Source: Octopus bimaculoides (taxonomy: Eukaryota). Taken from it: 63,185 nucleotides of DNA. Every line of letters starts with the position of its first letter. Within the stretch, counting starts at the first letter, position 1. Below, piece after piece: positions 54,119 to 63,185 of the stretch. Location: assembly GCF_001194135.2 (NCBI RefSeq), contig NC_068988.1:88823052-88886236 (forward strand), given 5' to 3'. The notes below the pieces were generated by a model. That model was not told the DNA's origin and did not search any database. It worked only from the letters and a program-made list of their open reading frames with translations. The translations under genes were made by a program, and so were the position numbers.

Positions 54119-54927
54119 TAGGATGTCCCAAAAGTAATTGCTGAGCGTCAATTCTTGATAATTTCCTTAACTTAACAAATAAAAGCATGATATTTTGATA
54201 CAATATAAAGGATATAATAGAAATAAATATACACAAGTCTAATTTTGCGACAACACATCATCCCATATGAAAAATAATATCGGTCAAATGGCAGTCATTT
54301 TCGGCCTCGCATACCCGTTATCTTTCTAAAACTCGCACCATAACACCCCCAAGAGTTTCAAACATCACTTCTCTGTTTTCTCTATTGATGTTCACCTTCA
54401 GGGACCCCGGTCTTTTTACGCAAATCCGGGCTTGTCAAGTCTGGGGAACCTGAAGGCCAATTGACATTACCGTAGCGGGAGGTTATTCTCTCTTTAAAGC
54501 ACAACCGTAGCAACTGCATTGTTTCTCTTGCGGTAAGAGAGGTTGCTTATTTTGCTGGAACCATGTGAGGTCTGAGTGGCCGGGCGCAAAAAAGATCTGA
54601 GCCATGGATAACAGAAACAGAGAGTTTACTTCAAGAAACGGGAGACCCTTGTGTAACAGAAAAACTTCAATAGAGAAACGAGAGAAGAGGGGTCTGAATC
54701 TCTTGAGGGTGTTAAGGTGTAAGTTTTGGAAAGAGCACGTGCATGCGGAGCTAAAAATGGCTGCTATTTAAGCGTTGTCACTTTTCATATGTGATGTGGT
54801 GGTGTTGCAAAATTTGACTTGTGCACATTAATTTCCATTATGTCCTTTATATTGTACGAAAATTCCATGTATTTATTTGTGAAGTTTAGGAAGTTATTAG
54901 TAACTAAAACACCTCAATGACACCCTG
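54119..54927. mobile_element. Foldback/MITE-like element with ~280-bp imperfect inverted arms
   Basis: 54119-54395 aligns with the reverse complement of 54660-54927 (e.g. TACAATATAAAGGA(T/C)ATAAT(A/G)GAAAT); termini TAGGATGTC / CAGGGTGTC resemble maT/Tc1 ends. Confidence 0.85.
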
Positions 54928-55079
54928 GTTAAGTATTAAGCGAATAGAAAATAGCACTATTTGTTTTGACTTCATTAATATAATTTGTACGGCAAAATAC
55001 CAGTTAAAACTAACCGTTTCAGCCTCCTCTTGCGCGGACAATTTAACAGGACTTTGGAGTAGTTTGTTATATTTGACTC

Positions 55080-55714
55080 GAGTGGAAGAATGTTATTTCC
55101 TCGGACGCGTCATCTTTTACCTTATTTCCGACGATCGGCCGAGTATAAATATGGAGACGGCTAAAAGAAGCATTTGACCCCGGCTGCCTTCTTCCATCTG
55201 TTAAACATGGAGGAAAACCTGCGATGATCTTGTTGGGCTATATCTTGGAAATCTGCCGGCCCAATGGTTTCACTTCATGGCAGAATTATAGTGAAGTCTA
55301 TTTAATTATTTTATCTGATCAAATTCTTCCTATAGTTGTATAACGGTTCCCGGAGGGAAGCGTCATCTTTCAGGATTATAATGCACCAATTCACACAGCT
55401 AGAAATGTTCTAGTGAAGTTGTACATCTTATCTGGCTACCACAGTCCTTAGATCTCAATAGTATTGAACCTTATGGTGCATTTTACAAAAAAAACAAGTA
55501 AGGAGTTGATATTCTCCACCACCTTCACTACAATAACTGGATACTGTTTTAGCTGAAGAAAGGACAATTATTCCTTAGGAAACAATTCAAATTTTGTACG
55601 AGTGTAAACCTTGTAGAATTCTGGCTGTAATTACTGCCACAGGCGGTCCTACCCCATATTAAAGTAATTTTATTAGAAATTTTAAGGTGTTTCCATTATT
55701 TTGTCCAACCCCTA
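55080..55714 (+). mobile_element. Tc1 (DD34E-type) transposon 3' half with right TIR
   Basis: EWKNVISSDASSFTLFPT, IFQDYNAPIHTAR, WLPQSLDLNSIE, AVITATGGPTPY*; TIR (reverse complement) AGGGGTTGGACAAAATAATGGAAACACC. Confidence 0.9.
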
Positions 55715-56364
55715 TATATATATATATATATNNNNNNNNNNNNNNNNNNNNNNNNNNNNNNNNNNNNNNNNNNNNNNNNNNNNNNNNNNNNNNNNNNNNN
55801 NNNNNNNNNNNNNNNNNNNNNNNNNNNNNNNNNNNNNNNNNNNNNNNNNNNNNNNNNNNNNNNNNNNNNNNTATATATATAAAATGAGCTTTACCTCTGA
55901 TACTAGACCGAGCTTCATGTCAAGAATATTTAATATAACATTTTCATTCACGCGGTCCTTAAATTTTATTTTCTACACACCACATTTCTCTTTTTGGTTT
56001 AAATATGGACGTTTGGGTTCATATATCTACGCCAACTACTCATACAGCAAGCATTGAAAGTCAAATTTTTTCCAGAAAATTCGACGACTATTCTCAGCAA
56101 TATCTATTTGCCATTTTTACTATATGAGAATTTTTGAGATTCCAAAATGTCGAAATTACTTTTAGACTGCAAATTAAACATACGTTAATTATCTCCAGCT
56201 GCTTTAATGTGGATTGGAATTGATCTGTTTGAAACATTACTATTTTTTTCTTCTTCTGCCAATGTCTTCTTAATTTAGCTTTAACTTTAGACGTGTCGAC
56301 TGCAATGGCGGCACAAGTTTGGCTTTCATTTGATACATACACGAGAAAATAGATAAAAACTCTA

Positions 56365-56437
56365 ATGAAGGATATCATATACATTCCGTGTGTGGTATTA
56401 ATCGTTCTTTATTGGAAATTACATGCAGCACACAGAG
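56365..56437 (+). CDS. Candidate signal-peptide exon MKDIIYIPCVVLIVLYWKLHAAHR(G)
   Basis: 24 codons plus 1 nt, basic start and hydrophobic core, donor GAG|GTAATC (phase 1); acceptor at 56278 or 56290; paralogous copies at 59619 and 62696. Confidence 0.5.
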
Positions 56438-56853
56438 GTAATCATTTTACATCAATGAACATGAACCAATCGTGTATCTGTGCTATCAAATAACATTTAT
56501 CTATTTATATTTCTACGATATCTGAGAACGTGAACCAATAATATTTTTATGGTATCAAAGAACGTGTTTCAATGACATTTCTATATTATGGAAAGCATTA
56601 CAACAAATATATTTATATGCTATTTCCAACGGTCAGCATCATCACCATCTCTCTCCTTATTACAACTAATACTAGAGCTAGAACGACCAATAGAGTCAAG
56701 AAGACCACGGAAGACACGATCAATATCATTTTTTTCAATTTCAGAAATATCGAACTGGGATTATTTATAGTAATAGGTCACCAGCAACTACTCTAGCTTT
56801 GTATATCGAGCACGGATGACCATTTCAATATCTATCGAACTATGCACATTTAC

Positions 56854-56886
<33 letters not shown>

Positions 56887-57821
56887 TATACGTATATTCG
56901 CTCACACATACATACATTTATTTATTTATTTATTTATATTTCAGAAATATATTCCAATATATCCACATCACTAATGTATGTATGTATGTATGTATGTATG
57001 CATGTATGTATGTATGTGTGTGTGTATGTATGTATGTATTTGTGTGTGTATGTATGTATGTATGTATGTATGTATGTGTGTGTATGTATGTATGTATGTA
57101 TACATGTATGTATGTATGTATGTATGTGTGTATGTATGTATGTATGTATGTATGTATGCCACTTCTTTATGTAATAATTTAAATTCTTCCTCCGAAGAAA
57201 GAGCTGGTTTCTAACAAAGACACAAAGCTCCATCTTGGATTGTGGATAACAAAAATGATTTCACATTTTAAACTTCAGAAATGTCTTGCAGAATTTGACT
57301 GTTCCGCTTACAGATTGTATTCGTAATGCGCGCATCAGTCGGCTGGTTTCTTTTTTTAAAAATACAAGCTTATCCAGACTGACAGTTCGGTATTTACTTA
57401 CCAAACCAATTGCTAAATCAAATGCTCCAATTATTATTGGTATGAATGTAAAATTTGTGATCTAGATATATAGCTGGAAGTTCAGAAGCATTTGTTTCTA
57501 ATTATCTTCTTTCTCTTTGATTTTCAAAACGATATTCACGACAGTAGGACATGTAATGTCTATGTATGTATGTATGTATTATGTATGTATGTATGTATGC
57601 ATGTATGTTTGTCATTATTCAGTTTATTTCAAGATTTCTTGCCAAAAGAGAAAGAACTGGTTTCTAACCTAGATCCAAAGTTCCTTCATTGGAATTTCAA
57701 AATCAGCAACAGGGTATTTTTGTTTTTATGTATGTATGTATGAATGTATGTATGTTAGAAAAAGTATATGAATTGTTTTGGTGTAGTTAATGTTTAACCT
57801 TAATAAGAGACGGTGAACTGG

Positions 57822-58010
57822 TTGTATCATTACTATGTCGGAAAAATGGCTTAGTAGCGTTTCCTCCCACTTACAGTTCTGAGTTCAAATTCTGCCGAGG
57901 TATACTTTGTCTTTCGTTCTTTCGTGGTGGATAAAATAATGACCAGTTGAACATTGGTGTCGATATAATTTCCTCTGAAATTACTGGACTTGTGCCAAAA
58001 TTCTAATCTG
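57822..58010 (+). mobile_element. Decayed SINE (second family)
   Basis: GTTCTGAGTTCAAATTCTGCCGAGG...GGATAAAATAATGACCAGTTG. Confidence 0.7.
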
Positions 58011-58194
58011 ACATTTACCATCGATTCCTACAGCGGTTATTTTATATGAAACACATGTTTCAACTAGTAACTAGCTGATTAATTCTGATAAGGGCACTGG
58101 TGTAAATTTGTCGCGGTATTTTGAAAAAAGCGAAAATTATTTCTGCCAATACGCAGTCTCGCCTCAATAAAGATACATATACGCATGCATACAT

Positions 58195-58560
58195 TCATAC
58201 AGAACTACTATTATCCTACTCCAATGCACTTTTACCCGTCTTCAACTTGAACACTATTGTCCTCAGTGGTCTTTCTAAACGAAGCAAAATATTTGAAGAC
58301 TCCAGAGACCCATCACGAAAATAATGAACGATGTGACATGTCTTGATTATTAGGATTGTCTCAAAAAACTCAAACTTTATTTCTCTCAGTTGTATCATCA
58401 GCAGCTGTTGTTCAAAGTTTCAGGAATATGGTATGCCACCGTTGAATATTGTATGCCGTCGTCGCTTCAACTGTTTTCAGTGCTATGTACAGGAAAATTG
58501 TTTTCATGGTCATACCAACGGTAGTTCTGAGTTAGGGTGTAACGTACATTTAAAAGTAAA
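58195..58560 (+). mobile_element. CR1/L2-type LINE RT C-terminal relic
   Basis: LQCTFTRLQLEHYCPQWS...RLQRPITKIMNDVTCLDY*DCLKKLKLY resembles VRPHLEYC..WSP...L.Y..RL..L.LYSL. Confidence 0.65.
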
Positions 58561-59459
58561 GAACATCAGCAATATTCAAGTAATTGCTACAAACTGCTGA
58601 ACGCAGAATACGACAAGATGTTGTTCAGTGAGACAGAAACCGAAATTCATGGACTACCGTAGAGATCAGATGTCCAGAGGATTCGAATGTTTTTCAAAAT
58701 TTGGTAAAAGAAAGAAATATCTATCGAGAATTTGACGAGAGACTTATATTTTCGAGACATGCATTGTCAGTATACCAGTTATCACATGTGTACTGAGCTA
58801 CATATTAACTTATATTAGACTTATAGGAAGGCCGAAAATTGCCGGGTTTATCCAACATTGAGTAAAGTAAAGTATTGCACATTTCAGTGATTCTCCATTT
58901 ACGTTTGTTGGGCAGAACACAAACATTGAAGCACACGTACGTATTGGATACATAAAGACAATCACTCACAAATAACAATGAAACACACACGCTTGTAGAT
59001 TAAAGTGGCTCTACACCTACTGCATGAATGGAAGTTTTTCTACTCACACAAACACGTATAGGCACATATAAACCAAATTCAGGTATCTCCAAATACAAAT
59101 TGATGTTTCGTTTGAACAAAAGAACATCGTCACTTTGTAACTAAGTAGGTAGAAACACGCAGAAATGAAAGAAAACATTAAGGAGCAAGAAAAACAACCA
59201 TAAATAAAATGTATATATAGATACATACTTACATTCTCTCCGTCTCTCGCACATACTCATTCATATATGTATATATGAATTTATTTAAAGCTGCGTCTTA
59301 GCAGAGATGATTTTTCGAGTTTCACACCTACATTAGCTTCATCAAGAATATTAAAACAAGGTTTCCGTTTCCATCCTCCCAAAGATCTCTAAACCACGCA
59401 CCTATGCCTTGCTTTCATTGTTTTCTTCTTCCTCAACGTTAGGAATTGATTGGTTGTAA

Positions 59460-59860
59460 ACAAATTTCACAACATGTAATTCATCACCGAGCCCTCTAGA
59501 TCTACATATATATTTTTTTCTTAATTCATCTTCAACGTTACATAATAATTTCCATAGAATGGCGGCAAACGGCTGGCTTTCATTTAATAGAGAAGTGAGA
59601 AAATAGATAAAAACTATAATGAAGTATATCATATATACACAGTGCTTGTTGTATTCTATGTTCTTTATTGGAAATTGTATGCAGGTTACCGAATTAATCA
59701 TGTTACATCAAAGAACATGCGTTGAACGCATATCTATGCTACATTTACCCATTTTATTTCTACGATATCAAAGAACAGGTACTAGTGATATTTCTATATT
59801 ATCGATAACATAAAACAAATATATTTATAGCCTATCTACTACGGCCACCGCAACTAACAC
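59460..59860 (+). pseudogene. Degenerate paralog of the 56130-56640 exon unit
   Basis: Acceptor AG>AT, 2-nt insertion after MKYIIY, donor GT>TT; removing the 2 nt restores MKYIIYTVLVVFYVLYWKLYAGYR. Confidence 0.6.
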
Positions 59861-60370
59861 CATCACAGACACGCCCCCCCCCACCATCTTCACCATCACA
59901 AGGATTATAACAACCATCACCACCATCACCACCGTTATCATAATCACGAACATCACCAGCAGTATAACCACCACTATCATTACCTCCACCACCATAATCA
60001 CTAACGTCACAACAACATTACCGCCACCATTATCACAACCACAAACACTATTACACTATCGCCACAAGCACCACTATATACTACCACCGACAGCAGCACT
60101 AACCTCATCATTAATATCTCAACCTCTATCACCACCACCAATACCATCGCTGCTTTTAACAAGACCACAGACACACCACCGCTACCCTTAGCACCATAAT
60201 TCCAGCAAAGCACCACCACCACCACCACCACCACCACCACCAAAACATCCACCATTACTTCCACCATTAACAACATCGATATTTACGCCACTGTGACCAC
60301 AACCAACATCATCAGATTCACTACTATTAGCATAGCCACAAACACTTCCACAACCAACATTATTACTGCA
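59850..60370. repeat. Cryptic (ACC/ATC)n low-complexity tract
   Basis: Direct observation. Confidence 0.85.
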
Positions 60371-61034
60371 TCGCAAAGTTTTAAAAAAATGCCAGAAATA
60401 TTACATGAACAGCATTTCTAACAAATAGGTTACCAGACATTAATTATGAGACATGTACTAATTAGGCTTTCTTTATAAATATGGAAATGGATGACTAAAT
60501 CTATGTCTGTCCATCTATCTATTTTTACGCATGTGCACACAGGCACGCACATAAACACACAGACACATATACACCCACTCACACAAACACACGCGAACGC
60601 ACGCACACACACACCCGGACTCATAGACAGCCTCACAAACATACACACACACACACACACGTGCACACAAAGTGTTTGTCGATAATGTAGAATCTGCACA
60701 TGTTTCTGTCCTTGGAAGCTCATTTACATTTAGTAATTTCCCCTCTGCCTGGTAGTCCTAGGTAAAGTCTATCTTGGCAGACCAGCTGTTGGCGATGCAT
60801 ATCTTCTATTCTCAAAGACCATACACCACCAGCGCAACTAAGGCGATCACCAACAGAACCAACATCACTACCGCTATCACCACTGGCAGTTGCAGTTGCA
60901 GCAGCACCACCACAACCAACAACAGAAGGAAAATAACAGCAACAACAATAACAACAACAACACCACTAGCGTCAACACAAATACTAACAATGGCACGGCC
61001 GTTATCGGATCCACAAACATCACTAAAATTACCA

Positions 61035-61320
61035 CTAGAAATAGAGATGGTTCTGGCCAACCGACGACTTACCATTTATGAGGTGGCAAATTCTTTGCAA
61101 AATTGATCACGTCCCAGAAAATGCATTCTTCCACAAGTATCGCATCTGTAAACTTTGTGTGAGATGGCTGCCAAGAGAGCTTATCGAAGCGCATAGATGC
61201 AACTGTGTGGGTGTATGTCAATGTTTACTGGACCACTGCAATGACGAAGGTGACTCGTTTTTGGAGAGAATCTTTATAGGAGATAAGAACTGAGTCAGAA
61301 TCCAAATGGGTAAAGTATGG
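61035..61320 (+). mobile_element. Mariner transposase internal fragment
   Basis: VLANRRLTIYEVANSLQ, KLCVRWLPRELIEAH...DHCNDEGDSFLERIFIGDKN. Confidence 0.85.
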
Positions 61321-61539
61321 ATAGGCGAAACTCGGCATCTGAAGTTACCATTGTAAGCTACAGTGAAATGCTGGCCATCTTATACCTGCAATTCGCACGA
61401 AATACGAAGGTCTATTTTCAAAACAAGTGTTATTGTTGCATAAAAATGCACACCCACATATGGCCACCCACCCTGTTGAAACCATAGATGTGTCGGATTT
61501 CAAATTGCTGCGATATTCTGCTTGCAACTAGAAAGTTCC

Positions 61540-61705
61540 CATCCCGAGCACAGTCAGCCATGCATACCAGCCTCCCCTCTCCACGCGACTGGAACAACGT
61601 AAAATAAAGTATCTTCTCAAGAACACAACATACACCTTGGTCTAGTAATCGAACTCACTACTTCATGATTGTGAGTCCGACGCTCTAATCACAGCCATTC
61701 GCCTT
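61540..61705 (-). mobile_element. Decayed tRNA-derived SINE
   Basis: Reverse complement GAAGGCGAATGGCTGTGATTAGAGCGTCGGACTC...GAGTTCGATTACTAGACC head, then CTTGAGAAGATACTTTATTTTACGTTGTTCCAGT. Confidence 0.7.
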
Positions 61706-61747
61706 CATATGTGTATATATATGCATATATATACACATATATATATA

Positions 61748-61949
61748 CAAGCGGGTGTTGAAAAGTTCTTGGCTTTAAGGATATCACGAAAGGTCTGATT
61801 TCAGACCCGACCTTCCGACTTCTTCTACAGGGCTCAGAAAAACTGAAACACCGCTACAAAAAAAATTGTGAATCTGAGAGAGGAATACTTTGATTAAAAT
61901 CATAATTAATTGAACCTCCTGTAGTCAGGAACTTTTCAGCAAACCCTCG
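61748..61949 (+). mobile_element. 202-bp mariner-derived MITE
   Basis: TA-flanked TIRs CAAGCGGGTGTTGAAAAGTTCTTGGCT / CGAGGGTTTGCTGAAAAGTTCCTGACT; same family as 8188-8403. Confidence 0.85.
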
Positions 61950-62469
61950 TACATGCGCGTGCGCGTAGTGTCTGTATGCGTGTGTGTGTGCTTGTCTATG
62001 ATTGTGTGTGTGTGTATGTATGTGTGCGGGTGTGTATGCGTGTTTGTGTGTATAACTTCTATTAACTCTGAATCTACCCCGAGACACTTCTTTCTAATGC
62101 AAACCTAAGGACGATAGGGTGGAATATTTACATGAGTCCTGGGCAAACTGCTGCTGATCGCAGGACATACTGAATGACGCGCCTTCGAAATATTATCTTG
62201 AATTTCTTTTTAGCAATTTAGCAAGTTCAGTAATAAGTCATACATATCGCGACCCGCTTCTCGAAAATTGGTGCCTAAGCCTGGTTTAAAGCCTTCTAAC
62301 GGAGTCATCTGATTCCTGTCATTCCACAATAAATAAAAAAAACTGATTGTATTTGATACTATTACACAACCAGTAACATTGCACAGAAATATTAAGCATT
62401 TCGAAATATTTGATTCTTTTCTTCAACAGATCCACTAAATATCTTATTTTCGTTTATTTTATAAGATAT

Positions 62470-62750
62470 ACTGAGATACTGAAATGTGGAAATTACTTTT
62501 AGACGACAGATTAAATAAATGTTGATTATCTCCTATCAGTATTTTAATGTAGACTTGAACTGTTCTCTTGATATTTAATATTATTTTTTCAATGTCGTCT
62601 TAATTCAGCTTTGACGTTAGACTTGTCGACTATAATGGCGGCAAGAGACTGGCTTTCATTTGATACAATAAATGAGAAAATAGATAAAAACTCCAATGAG
62701 GGATATCATATACACATGGTGTGTTGTATTAAATCGTTCTATATTGGAAA
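62470..62750 (+). pseudogene. Truncated paralog of the 56130-56640 exon unit
   Basis: Acceptor retained (TTAATTCAG); 1-nt insertion after MRDIIYTWCVVL; homology stops after TATTGGAAA and the donor is absent. Confidence 0.6.
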
Positions 62751-63136
62751 CAAGAAAGATAGGATATTTGATACAGGGGAAACTGAATGGTTTATATCGT
62801 GTTATTATTGTTTATATCGATCATGCTGAGCGGACAGTGAGGCAGATGTATGTGTATATTTTTAGATATCGAACAAAACTATTTCATGCAATACAGAACC
62901 ATATATACATATTGTGTGGTTAAAAAGTTCGTTTTGAAAACGAGTGGTTCGTCTTCATTTCGATTACGGGGCACATTGGACAATTGCTTTCTGTTACAGT
63001 CTTATATATGACGCCAGTCATATATGTATACATACATACATACGTACATACATACATACATACATATACGTATATACATATATACATATATATATATATA
63101 TACACACACACACATACAGACACACACACACACACA

Positions 63137-63185
<49 letters not shown>

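Overview
AT-rich, microsatellite-dense, gapped eukaryotic DNA. The SINE families look like octopus/coleoid cephalopod repeats; this is recalled, not searched. Most of the window is simple repeats, N-gaps and decayed transposons: tRNA-derived SINEs, mariner/Tc1/maT elements and MITEs, and R4/Dong-, RTE-, CR1/L2- and L1/Tx1-type LINE fragments. There is no prokaryotic gene content or CRISPR array. Main signals: (1) a tRNA-headed SINE at 41458-41712 (-) whose tail folds into a complete minimal type I hammerhead ribozyme of the Penelope-like kind; (2) a four-copy ancient tandem unit (52.3-62.8 kb, +) with an upstream ORF and a signal-peptide-like exon, intact in only one copy; (3) a phase-compatible five-exon minus-strand model for an unrecognised secreted glycoprotein (40481 to 1373); (4) an ~810-bp foldback element with ~280-bp inverted arms. 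All calls were made by eye; gene models are hypotheses.
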